From the NCBI RefSeq assembly GCF_009914755.1, contig NC_060947.1: a stretch of 64,000 nt of DNA. One strand, 5' to 3'. The position numbers and the translations under genes were made by a program. Positions within the stretch are counted from its first letter, which is position 1. Every line of letters begins with the position of its first letter. The notes beneath the pieces were generated by a model. That model did no database searches and had not been told where the DNA came from. It worked only from the letters and a program-made list of their open reading frames with translations. This document shows, piece after piece, positions 28,716-41,689 of the stretch. The DNA is from the human T2T-CHM13v2.0 reference genome, Homo sapiens.

Positions 28716-29699
28716 CTACGACAGGTGGGGAAAGAGAGAGGTCAATGTTACATAATTGAAAGAGCACTAAACTAGGGAGACCTAGGTTCTAGTTCCAGGT
28801 ATTTACACAAACTAGCAGTGTGACCTTAGAAAAACTACTTAACCTCACTAGATCCAACCTTCCAAATTACAAACCAAGAGGCTTGAACTAAACAGTATCT
28901 GTGATAGTTAGTTTTGGGTTTCTCAATGTCAGGAACTACATCCTTTATTTCTGACATATGCCTTCTCCTTCCTTTAGTAGTAGTGCCTAGTCTGGGGCTC
29001 TGTTTTACTGGTTACTGAGTCAATGCTGACAGAAATAAGGATTAACAGTTATCATACGATGTCAAGGGATGCAGATAATCAAGAAATCCACTGATTCCAA
29101 AGGTAGGTAATTTGAGGTCTAAAATAATACGTAAATGCCTTATGTTCAACAAGTACAGGGGGAAAGATTGAAGCTTTGCTGAGGAGGGTGTTCTTTCAAC
29201 ACATCTCTGCTTCTGATCCTTTATCTTTAGCATTCTCTGTATTGGTCAAGAATGTTTGGTTTCGGGTGTCCAGAATCCTACTTGAGAAAGCTTGAGCAGA
29301 AAGGGGAGTTTGTTTGTTCCTTTAACTGGGAAGTCTAGCAGTGGAGTTCACCTCTAATATGACTATATCAAGGACACAAACAAGATTAGGGCCCTTCCAT
29401 CTCTACTTTCTGCTTGTTGCTACATACTGGAATAGCTGGCCATTTCCACAGACCAGCTCTTCCAAATATGAAGGATGTGGACACCAGTATTTCAGCCCTC
29501 CCATACTCACTATTTGCAATCTGAGAGACAAAAAGGCCATACTACCAGCATCAGTGAGAAAAATCCCTGGGGAAGACTTTGATTGGCTCAGTTGGAATCA
29601 CTTTCATCTCTTGTATAGTTATCATGGCCAATGGCCAGTAAGATAGAGTATTATTATTGTCACACCCTGGCCACATGAGGAAATTGCTTTTGTTTCTTT

Positions 29700-30490
29700 A
29701 AGCCTTGGTTTTACTTTTTTAATTATATAATGAACTTAATTGCTCTTACCACCCAACCTGAGAACCATAACAATGACAGTAACGTACATCCACTTTTGTG
29801 CTTCTCTGCTAGTTCATCTCCTACTTCCCTCTACCTAAGAAGACACTACTTGATTTTTATTTTATCATTTCCTTATGTTTTCAAGTAAGTTTTATCTCAT
29901 ACTTATATATTACATATTACAGGATTATACTATTAATGAGATCAAACCTCTCTGTATACATTTATTAGCCATATGTATTTTTTATCATTTGCGAGATGAC
30001 TTTTATTGACTTTGCCCATTTTTCTGTTCATGTTCTTTGTTGTTTTTGTATTGATTGATCTATGGGAGTTTTATTTACATTGTGAGTAGCAGGTCTATGA
30101 CAGCTATGTGTTGCAAATGTCTTCTCTCAGTTAGTAGGTTGTCTTTTCACTATATTTAAGGTATATGTTAATGAAAGTTCATTGTTAATATATTTAAAAT
30201 AATCATTATTTTACTTTATGGTTAGTATTTTATATGTTTTCATTAAAAAATCTTTCATCTTCCTTAAGGTGATAGTTATTTAAAGTTCACACAAATAGTA
30301 CTAATGTTTGCTTTTGGCATCAAACCACTTAATTCACATGGAGTTTATTTTTTGTATATAGTTTGAGGTAGAGATTTATTTTATTTTTTCCATGTGGATA
30401 ACTCCAGATCTATTTATTGAATACTTCATCCTTTCATCACAGATCTTCCCCAACATCAGTGTTAAATTGCAAAGTTTCCAGTACGTATGA
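29700..30490 (-). mobile_element. Ancient L1ME-like fragment
   Basis: 'ctttgcccatttttctgtt...tgttgcaaatgtcttctctcagttagtaggttgtcttttcact' antisense ORF2 remnants. Confidence 0.6.
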
Positions 30491-31239
30491 TATACCTAGT
30501 ATTTAACTACTTGCCAATAAATAATTTGAAAACTTTCCTCCAAACATATAAAAGCTGGATTCACTTTCTATATATGAGGCACTTGCAATAAATGAGAACA
30601 TTTCAACAGTTCATTCAAGTGGAAAAAGAAAGGTTCTGTATGTAGTTTCCACTCCATCATTTATCAGGTAGGTTTGTGCTTCATAAGGTAAAGTCATGTG
30701 AAAGGAGTGATCGAGACAGTGAATTTTCTTTGTGTTTGTGCTGCTAACCACAGTCAGTTCATGAAATATTTGGAAGAAGATAAACAAGATAAGATATTTA
30801 ATTTTGTTGAATGCTGTCAGATGGCTAGGTCATAAAACTTGCTAAAGAAATTCACTGAGCATGGACTTTGGAATTAAAAGAGCTCTAATGGGCTAAAATT
30901 TTTGGATCCCCATGGTTCATAATATTGTACTTTCTCACTGATGTGACAAGATATCTGACTGCACTAAACTTGAAACTTCAGGGAAAAACAAACGCACTGC
31001 TGATACATTCAAGGAAGTATGTATTTGAACTTGAACTGACCATGAATTTAGCAAATATTATCGGAAGATTGTATGCATTTAATATTACAGAATGGCACTA
31101 AACTCATTTTTTAAATGTAGAGCTATTTGTAGAAAGAAAGTTGCAATTTTGAAAGAGAGGCAGGAGTTTTAATAAATATAGGTCATGCTTCAAATTTCTT
31201 TAGCTAAGAAAGAAAATAAAGTTAAAAGACAAATGCAGA

Positions 31240-32514
31240 AAGGTATGTATAGCATATATTTGCAATTCATGATATACAACATGTTCATATTTTAATATAC
31301 TAAGACCACCTATATATCAACATGATAAAACATCAATAGAAAAAAATGGACAAAAGATATGAAAGGGCAATTCACAGTAGAAGAAATACAAATGGCAAAC
31401 ATGAACATGAAAGTATATTTAATCTTACTAGTAAGAAAAGAAGGCTTTTGAAATATGAAGTGTCATTTTCTTCAATTGGAATAGCTAAAATTTAAAAGGT
31501 TGACAAATTCCAGTGTAGCTGAGAGTAGAGATAAATAGGACCTCTCATGAATCATTGATAGGAGTGGAAATTAGTATAACCTTTAAATAGGGCAGTTTTG
31601 GCAATACTTACAATGCACATACACTCTGATTCAATAATCCCATTGAGAGACAATTCTCCCGTCCATGGGTCTCTTGCATTACTACCTATCTTGACAGCGA
31701 GGCACTGACAATTCTTTGTTCTTGACCACTTTTCCAAGGATGTTTATGTAGTGGAAGATGGAGGTATTGCCTCCCTCTAGTATAAAGGGACAGATTTTCT
31801 TACAACTTGAGATGACAGAGATAGTGTCTCACCCCAGAGCAAACAGGAAGCATGATTACTGCCCATTATAAGATTCAGGTTCCCTAAACTCTGGGTTTTT
31901 CTCCTATAATATAATTCACTATGCATGAAAGTGTCACCTGGTCCTCTTTCAGTCACTCTGGAAATTAGTACTTAAGGAATTGGTACACGCACGTACACAC
32001 ACACACACACACACACAATGCTGATACTCTGGGCTACTGTGAATGTTGTGAATAGTAAACTGTTCTCTATCTTTCACCAGGGAATTTTATGTCTTCTACC
32101 AACATCCATGAAACTGTGGGAGGCTAACATGTTTCCTTTGCAAATAAGGCAAAATCTCAGATTCTTCACCCTTATTGCTAGTTATTACTTTGAGAACTTT
32201 ATCTTGATATGGTACTAGCACAATAATTCAAAGATAATTGCAAAAATATGTTTATGGCACTAATACTTCTATTGCAGAAAAACTGAAAACAACCTAAATG
32301 TCCATGAAAATTGCTCATTAAATAAGTCATTACCTGCCAATGATAGAATACTGTGAAGCCATAAAAAATGAATATATCGTCCTATAGTTATTGAACATGA
32401 TAGATATCTGTGACAAGATATTAACTATAAAATCAAGTTATTGAACAGTGTAGTATAGTTCTATTTTTGTTAGTAAATTAATTTCTTTCTGGCTTCCTCT
32501 CTTTCACACACACA

Positions 32515-32548
<34 letters not shown>

Positions 32549-32700
32549 CCACACGCATTTCAAGATAGATATATATCAATATGTTAGTAATGGTTAACTC
32601 AGAATAGTGGATTATAGAATGATTTTAAGTTTTTCTGCTTATCTATATTTTCTGATTTTCCTAAAATTATCATGTGTTATTTGTACATTTAAAAAATAAA
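31240..32700 (+). mobile_element. Ancient L1ME-like 3' part, split by an LTR
   Basis: 'atggacaaaagatatgaaagggcaattcacagtagaagaaatacaaatggc' and 'aaacaacctaaatgtccat' on either side of the LTR. Confidence 0.65.
31644..32178 (+). mobile_element. LTR40-like ERVL solo LTR
   Basis: 'gagacaattctcc..catgggtctcttgcatt', 'ttactgcccattataagattcaggttccctaa', 'catccatgaaactgtgg...aaaatctcaga'. Confidence 0.72.
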
Positions 32701-34109
32701 TGATTCATGCTAAAAAAATTCTGCAGCTGCCTTTGGAATTCATATCTCAGGAAGTATCTGAATTATCACACATCTGACCCATTAGTGAAGCTCATTTCAA
32801 AGAGGAACTGATTGAGCTGAAAGCAAACTACACCCACTACATAGGCATAATATCTGTCAAATTTTGGAGAGGAAAATATAATTGCACAAATAATTCTAAA
32901 ACTTCTGGCTATGTGACCAAACTCTGGGCTATGTCTGGGTCCATCTGGCTCTATGAAAGCATATTTTCCTTTATGTAACTTCTGAAATCACTATTAAGGC
33001 CACTAGAGATGGAAAGCTGGAGTTACTGCTTTGAGTAAATTTACCCTTGGTTCCAGAATAAGTCCTCTGATCACAGCAATATTCTCATTGATTTGTAACT
33101 GTGCATTTTGTATAAACACAATTTTTAAAAAATAATTTAACTGATTTTTATCACTGCTTAAATGCATGTTTTAAAATATGGAAGGTTATACTTCACCATG
33201 ATCTTTATATATAAATTACATAAATATGTCTTTCTTTTTTCCTCACTTTAAATCCTCAAGCTCACAAAAGTAATAGAATATATAAATATACTATTCTCTA
33301 GTATTATCAAAATGCTTAGTTTTTCAAACTTAACATTCTATTTCATACTTCCTTTTCTGTTCTCATGTTATTCCTTTTGCTTACAGTCCCTCCACCACCC
33401 TTTTTAACCTAGATAACTGGTTAATGTTTAAGACTCAGTTTAGCCATCATCCCTTCCAAGAAATTCACCTCAAATTCCAACATGTGATCTGCTCTCCTCA
33501 CTGATACCATGACACCCATCATATATTTGTGTTTACTTCTTGAACAAACATTTATATATAAAACAATGTACTTGATGATCAGGATATAAGTGAGCAACAT
33601 TAGTCATGACTCTTACCTTCATGGGACTTATGGTTTATCTTGTCAGTTACCACATTAAAATAAAATTCACTATTTTATCTTTCTACCCTTTCTAAGTTAT
33701 AAGCTCCTTAATACCAAGGCCTGTGTATATTCATATCAGTCCCCTTAGGGACTAGCACTATCCTGAAATATAATAGGCACACAACTTGTGTTTGTTGAAC
33801 TAAACTGTCTGATTATTCCAAAGACAAAAATGTCATTTTTCCAAATCATCAGTGCCTTGACTCTCTTATGTGATCTGTCCCTACTCTCTGCTACGGATTT
33901 TTATAAGGATAAGAGATCCTATCCCATTAGGATAAGTGGGGAGTGGGAGATGTTGGAGGAAAAGAAGGTATAACTCAGAAATATAAAGAGGTTAACTCAA
34001 AACTGTAGCACGTTTTCTACTTGCTCTTCCTGCATTCTCACCACATTAACTCTATACTATCATGTATTCTCAAATCATGTCTTCTCTCACATAGACGAAT
34101 TAAAGAAAA

Positions 34110-34112
<3 letters not shown>

Positions 34113-34160
<48 letters not shown>
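34113..34160. repeat. (TG)n(AG)n microsatellite
   Basis: Directly visible. Confidence 0.95.
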
Positions 34161-34162
<2 letters not shown>

Positions 34163-34214
34163 AAATTGGACATCTTCCTAAATTCTGATGTAGACGAGCC
34201 TTACATATGAATCA

Positions 34215-34225
34215 ATGAGTCAGCA
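34215..34225. promoter_or_regulatory. NF-E2/NRF2-sMAF (MARE/ARE) consensus motif
   Basis: ATGAGTCAGCA (rc TGCTGACTCAT) in non-repeat DNA. Motif match only, function untested. Confidence 0.3.
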
Positions 34226-35002
34226 TTAAGTAGCACTCATAACACACCTGAGATGCCAAAAATGATACAGGCACCCAATCCACTAAATGAAATCGGGTCA
34301 ATATTAGGATCAATTTGGCATTTTCACTTGACTTCCATTGTCCTCAAAACTCAGTTTCAATCCATTCACCCCATTCACCTGCGTTTTTATGTTCCAAATG
34401 ACTGGCTTCCACATTATCACACATGAGAGCTCTTGGGATGGTATTTTACCAATTCACTTTTGGAAACTAAAATAGCAATGGCTAAGGTAGTCAATGAAAG
34501 ATAATACTGTATGTTACCTAGTAGTATTAGATGCAGTGAGATCCAGGAAGTTGTCACTCTGTGTTAGAGTGACAAAAACGCAAGGAACTGGTCTGACCTA
34601 CTGACATGACAATTATTTAGATATAATTGTTCAGATGATTTACAGAACTAATACCCTGAGTAGATCTTTATTATTTAACCCTTCCATACTCCATTCCTTG
34701 CTTCACCCAGCTCCCTCTCCCTATTGCTTACCCTCACCCTCCCCCTCTCCCAACACACACACACACACACACACACACACATTTTCACAATCTACAAATA
34801 TTTCTCTACTCAAGAAGATAGTGTGGCTCCTGTATTTATCTTCACCTGCTTCTTCTCTATTATTTGCATAATAAAAAAATAAATGTTAAATGTTTTTTAA
34901 AATGTGTTTCTTGTCCATTTTACTTTAGTGTTAATCACATTTTCCACTTTCCTCTTGTGTTATGAAGGAAAATTAAGCTCCCTCCTCCAAACTGTAGCCA
35001 CT

Positions 35003-35036
35003 GTTGTTTCTCAGCCTTTTGGCTGAAATCATGTGC
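35003..35036 (+). pseudogene. 3'-truncated (tailless) U2 snRNA retropseudogene, nt ~1-34
   Basis: 'gttgtttctcagccttttggctgaaatcatgtg' vs U2 'atcgcttctcggccttttggctaagatcaagtg'. Flanked by degenerate direct repeat aaactgtagccact / aaattgtaccacct. Confidence 0.75.
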
Positions 35037-36206
35037 AAATTGTACCACCTACAAGATTATCTTTGCCACAACAGGTAAGCACCTTTAAATTCTATTCTTG
35101 TACCAATTAATTCTTATAATAAATAGAGGTGACTCAGTCTCTGTAATGCGAATAAAGTAACTCTATTATGCCCTATAGCTATGCATCTTTATTTTAAAGA
35201 GCTGAAATTAAAATAAAGCACAGTTAACTAAATTGTATTTCAATCTCATAATTATTAGAACTTTAATCAAATTACTTGGTCATTTTTTCTCTCTTTGCCA
35301 ATATTGTAAAAGCTATTTTGTAGAATATGTTTCAGCCTACTTTCCAGCAACTTAAAGAAAAGATGAAATAGGTACTTGTCCTCTGGAAGCTCTGTAGCTA
35401 CCTGTGTGTATTTTTTATGCTATGCAAAAATGAGCTCATTTTTTCTATGAATGGGCTAGGTAAATGCAGGTAGATTTGACATTTTAAGATTGTCATCAAT
35501 TCTGAGACTTGTTACCTTCCTTGTTCCTTTAAGAAATCAATTTCATTCAAGGTCCTTTTCCCCCTAGAATTTGGCACTGGGGTTTCAAATGTATGCTATC
35601 AAAGGCAAGATTAAATAGGATTGTATCAAGTTGACCAAGGTTCATGCTAGGAACCATTTCAGATATTGTCTAACATTGAAAATACAATTCTTCAATTATA
35701 CTTCCCAGACAAAATTAAATTACCTTGAATACATGGTCTAGTTGGCTTACTCCTGATAATACAATGCTAAATGATGAAATCCATCCTTATAGCAAAGTGG
35801 ATCTGATAAAACATTTAATATATCATAAAAAGGAAGAAAGGTAAATGAAAAGCAAAAGACCCAGGAACTAGTAAAATGTGATCTCTCAAACAGTTTGCCG
35901 TCTAAAGAACCTCACTTACCCCTTCTACGCTAATGGATGTAATTACGTGTTGACTTGTTGAATTTATCTTTCACTTACCTATTATTAATATAACACATTT
36001 ATTTGGGCTCTTTGCTACTTTTAAGGCTTTCAGGTTTCTGAAGTATTATTTTCTTCATGCCTATTGAAGTTTAATGAATTCTGAGTACCTCACTTATTGT
36101 AGGTAGGCTCTGAATGGACTCATATTCTGCTTTGTTATGAGATTTCCATGAGGTGGGGTGGATTTCAACAATTCAGTGTGAACATTCTGAATCATCATTT
36201 TTTAAA

Positions 36207-36506
36207 TTTATCATTATTATTTTGGAGATGGAGTCTCGCTCTGTTGCCCAGGCTGGAGTGCAGTAGCGCGATCCCGGCTCACCGCAACCTCCGCCTCCTG
36301 GGTTCAAGCAATTCTCCTGTCTGAGCCTCCCGAGCAGCTCGGACTACAGGTGCACGCCACCATGCCCGGCTAAGTTTTTGTATTTTAGTAGAGACGAAGT
36401 TTCACCGTGTTGCCCAGGCTGGTTTCAAACTCCTGAGCGCAGGCAATCCACCTGCCTCGGCCTACCAAAACGCTGGGATTTCAGGCGTGAGCCACCACAC
36501 CCAGCC
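36207..36506 (-). mobile_element. AluS (Sz-like)
   Basis: Full Alu. TSD tgaatcatcattttt(t)aaa on both sides (36188, 36507). Confidence 0.93.
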
Positions 36507-37037
36507 TGAATCATCATTTTTAAAATAACAAAAAGTAGCACAAATCCACTGAAGAAAATTTAGAAAATACAGAAAATCTAAAAGGGGAAAAAAAAAACTA
36601 AAAATTACTTGAAATCTCACCATGAATTCATTAAATAAACATTGTTAAAAATTGTGTGTCTTTAGTATTTTCTATACATGTATGTGTGCATAAATATCAT
36701 AAAATCACATTCAAATTCTTTGTTTTATATCCTGCTTTATGTAAAATTAAATTATATACATTTCTCATGTCATTACATATTATTTTAATACATGCTTCTT
36801 GATGGTGTCAATATTCCATCATTTGAATGCATCATAATTTATTTAAATAATCCCTCATCTTTGACTATTTAGACTGATTTCAAATGCTTGTTATTAAAAT
36901 AATGTTGTGGTCAGCATCCTTTTAAATATGTCTTTCTATGCATCTCTGATTGTTTCTTTAGAATAAATTCCAATATGTGGAATTACTAGGTCACAGAGTA
37001 TAAAGCCATTTAAGGATTTTTGTATACATATCGCTAC

Positions 37038-39230
37038 AAACTCTGAATAAACTAGGTATCGATGGAACATATCTCAAAATAATAAGAGCTAATTATGATG
37101 AACCCACAGCCAATATCGTACTGAATGGGCAAAACTTGGAAGCATTCCCTTTGAAAACCAGCACAAGACAAGGATGCCCTCTCTCACCACTCCTATTCAA
37201 CATGGTATTGCAAGTTCTGGCCAGGGCAATCAGGCAAGAGGAAGAAATAAAGGGTATTCAAATAGGAAAAGAGGAAGTCAAATTGTCTCTGTTTGCAGAT
37301 GACATGATTGTATATTTAGAAAAACATCGTCTCAGCCCAAAATCTCCTTAAGCTGATAAGCAACTTCAGCAAAGTCTCAGGATACAAAATCAAAGTGCAA
37401 AAATCACAAGCATTCCTATACATCAATAATAGACAAACAGAGAGCCAAATCATGAGTGAACTCCCATTCACAGTTGCTACAAAGAGAATAAAATACCTAG
37501 GAATACTACTTACAAGGGATGTGAAGGACCTCCTCAAGGGGAACTACAAACCACTGCTCAAGGAAATAAGAAAGGACACAAACAAATGGAAAAACTTTCC
37601 ATGCTCATGGATAGGAAGAATCAATATTGTGAAAATGGCCATACTGCCCAAAGTAATTTATAAATTCAGTGGTATCCCGATCAAGCCACCATTGACTTTC
37701 TTCACAGAATTAGAAAAAACTACTGTAAATTTCATACGAAACAAAAAAAAGAGCCCGTATAGCCAAGACAATCATAAGTAAAAAGAACAAAGCTGGAGGC
37801 ATCATGCTACCTGACTTCAAACTATACTACAAGGCTACAGTAATCAAAACAGCATGATACTGGTACCAAAACAGATATATAGACCAATGGAACAGAAAAT
37901 AGGCCTCAGAAATAGTGCCACACATCTACAGCCATCTGATCTTTGAAAAACATGACAAAAACAAGCAATGGGGAAAAAATTTTCTATTTAATAAATGGTA
38001 TTGGGAAAACTGGTGAGCCATATGCAGGAAACTGAAAATAGACCCCTTCCTTACACCTTATACAAAAATTAACTCAAGATGGATTAAAGACTTAAATATA
38101 AAACCTAAAACCATAAAAACCCTAGAAGAAAACCTAGGCAATACCCCTCAGGACATAGGCATGGGCAAAGACTTGATGACTAAAACACCCAGAGCAATGG
38201 CAACAAAAGACAAAATTGACAAATGGGACATAATTAAACTAAAGAGCTTCTGCACAGCAAAAGGAACAATCTTCAGAGTGAACAGGCAACCTACAGAATG
38301 GGAGAAAATGTTTGCAATTTATCCATCTGACAAAGGGCTAATATCTAGAATCTACAAAGAACTTAAACACATTTACAAGAAAAAAAACAAGCAACCCCAT
38401 CAAAAAGTGGGCGAAGGATATGAACATACACTTCTCAAAAGAAGACATTTATGTGGCCAACAAACATATGAAAAAAAGCTCATCATCACTGGTCATTAGA
38501 GAAATGCAAATCAAAACCACAATGAGATACCATTTCATGCCAGTTAGAATGGCAATCATTAAAAAGTCAGGTTACAACAGATGCTGGAGTGGGTGTGGAG
38601 AAATAGGAATGGTTTTACACTGTTGGTGGGAGTCTAAATTAGTTCAACCATTGTGGAAGACAGTGTGGCAATTCCTCAAGGATCTAGAACCAGAAATACC
38701 ATTTGACTCAGCAATCTCATTACTGGGTATATACCCAAAGGATTATAAATCATTCTACCATAAAGACACATGCACATGTATGTTTATTGCAGCACTATTC
38801 ACAATAGCAAAGACTTGGAACCAACCCAAATGCCCATTAATTATTGACTGGATAAAGAAAATGTAGTGCATATACACCATAGAATACTATGCAGCCATAA
38901 AAAATGATGAGTTCACGTCCTTTGCAGGGACGTGGATGAAGCTGGAAACCATCGTTCTCAGCCGACTAACACAGGAACAGAAAACCAAACACTGCATATT
39001 CTCACTCATAAGTGGGAGTTGAACAATGAGAACACATGGACACAGGAAGGGAAACATCACACACAGGGGCCTGTCAGGGGATGGGGGACTAGGGGATGGA
39101 TAGCATTAGGAGAAATGCCTAGTGTAGATTATGGGTTGATGGGTGCAGCAAACCACCATGGCACGTGTATACCTATGTAACAAGCCTGTACCTTCTGCAC
39201 ATGTATCACAGAACTTAAAGTATAATAAAA
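37038..39230 (+). mobile_element. 5'-truncated L1PA7/PA8-like element (~2.2 kb ORF2 3' half + 3'UTR)
   Basis: ORF pieces [36 protein letters not shown] with frameshifts and stops. 3'UTR 'gatgggtgcagcaaaccaccatggcacg'. Confidence 0.93.
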
Positions 39231-39231
39231 A

Positions 39232-39238
39232 GACAGAT

Positions 39239-39270
<32 letters not shown>
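39232..39270. repeat. (GATA)n tetranucleotide at the L1 tail
   Basis: Directly visible, about 8 units. Confidence 0.93.
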
Positions 39271-39271
<1 letters not shown>

Positions 39272-41689
39272 GTGATTTGTCAAAGTTTTGTCTAGTTTTA
39301 TTATCTTCACAGATTATTAAGCAAGATTGTGGAGAATATATGTAAAAGTATTGACAGTGGTAAGGGAGAGTAGTCCAGATAATTTGAAATGGATAAGCCA
39401 AGTACCTTCACAAACTGTGATTACACTAAGGAAGCTTGTAGGTAAAAATGACTTTGGAATTATTTATCCTGATAGCGACTGCACTTGGTGTGGGCGGAGA
39501 AAACCCCTTTGGTACTGTCTGTATTAAAAGATACTTTGACAGGCTATTACCAATAAGGTGTTTTGCTGAAAATTTAGATAAATTAGACAGTTAGATGTGT
39601 GTTAATTGTACTCTCATATTCGAAAGAGCAAGATTTACTATAGCCAAGATCCTCATAGAGAACGAATGTAAATGATGGCATGATTTTTAACCTTAATATT
39701 ATTGTAAATAATGGACATCTTTCTTAAAATACCTAGGCTTAACCACTGACTTGCATTAGAAATCATATTTTAAAAGATGATATATACATAGAATAAGATT
39801 AATAAATATAAACTTTTACCTAAGATTCCTTTCTCAGTAATTATGAACCAATATGCTAATTATTAATCTTTGTTCACTTTGTCCCTAACCTCAGGATTAA
39901 TGAGAATACTGCTTGAGGATCAAAAATTTTCTACTGCAACATTACAACTCTTTGTCCCATTTAAAATGAAAATTCTTGCAAATACCACTTGATATGTTTT
40001 CCTAAAGAATAACTGTCTTTAACAAAAGATCAAACTGCTTCCAAATCTTATCAAAGAGGAGGCATGAAGTTATCTTTCCAGCATCCCCAATTATGATTAT
40101 TAATTACTACAATTTTCCTCTATCATTGTAAAACTCTGTGTAAATCTCTTTGCTTGCATGGCATTCTTTCATTCAAAGGACTGTAATTTTCCCTTCCTCA
40201 GTACTAATTATTTGCCCTTTGAAAAAATATTTTATTTATACTTACATATTTTGAATCAAACTATTTCCTACCAACACAACACACAATATCACAAACATAA
40301 AACTTCAGACTATTTTTTAAAAGTTTGATGTTCAAAACCAAGTTTACCGTAGCTTACTTTAAAAATCACATTTATACACAACTTAAATTTTGAACTCTTG
40401 TCGGACCTATAATAGTTTCAACACAGCATGTTGAAAAACAACAGCATGAACAAGAAATTTCAGGGCACCCAGAAAGTGTAGGTACATCTTAATAGCCATC
40501 TGTCTATCCTTCTAAATCAAATAAAGCACACATATTTATCTGTTCACTCTTCCTCAATACGGTGGGAGATACTTTATGAGTAGAGATAAGCAGTATTTAG
40601 CTATGTTTATCTTTTCACTTAAGGGTAGAAGATGAGAGTGAATTGGCTGTGAAAGCAAATATTGTTTCATTAGGTTATACAAGATTGCTAAAAGTCACCT
40701 GAATAAGTGAGGGCACTACAGTTAAAGCACCAAATCTCCTATGATCTTTGACCAGTAGTATTTTTTTTTTAACAGTGTGTCATCACAGTGTAAAATATGA
40801 GTTAATCTTGATCAAAAAGCACTCACTAATGATACAAAAGTTCTGATACATCACGTATGGGATGCTCTAATAGGTACATCACATCAATTCAAAATGGAGC
40901 TTGTTGGTGGTAAAAATATGATTAACGAAATGCACCAACACTCAACAGAACTGAGATGTTTAGCTACTGTAAAGATCTAAACCATCACTGATGCTTTAGT
41001 TCCAGTATTTATCCCACAATCCAGAGAAGATATGGTTCTCATTTTTGAGTGAGTTGTGGTGACCATGAGGCTATATAGTAACTTTGGAGTCAGCCCAGAG
41101 GATTCCCTGAGTCCTCCAAACCTAGTGTTTGCTTGCACTGATTCTTAAGTGCCACAACCTGTCTCCAGGAATCTAAAACTACAACATCCAGAAGAAAGCC
41201 AAGTTGAACAAGAAACTGTGGATCTTCTTTACTCTAGGCCAACAGTGGTAGACAGAGGCAAATCCATTTAATAGATACTTGCTAAGTACCTATGATGTCC
41301 CAGGTACTGTTCTAGCACTGTAGACAAAAGATATAAACAAAACAGGCAAGATCCTTGGCCTATGAAACTTACATTCTGATTCTGCACTGATGCTCTATAA
41401 TTGAAAAATAATAGGTAAAAAATATCACAGCAAATGTTATCATTTCATTGTTTGTTTTCTGAGAAGACGGCTCTTCTGGAATGCAATTTAAAGATGGGAA
41501 GACATGATATAATCAGCAAAAAAAGGGCAATTTCAAAGTTCTGAGACAATTTAAATAAAAGGCTCTTTTTGGAAAAAAAAGTAAAGGGAGTGAATGGAAA
41601 GAAGCTTTGTTTCATAGGACAAAAATAAAATAACGTGGAATGTAGTAGAAGAAATAAGAAAGGTCTGTGTCAATTTTCTAAAGCTAATT

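Noticed and set aside
37136-38866. L1 ORF2 fragments as an active reverse transcriptase
   Set aside because: 5'-truncated, with multiple frameshifts and stops.
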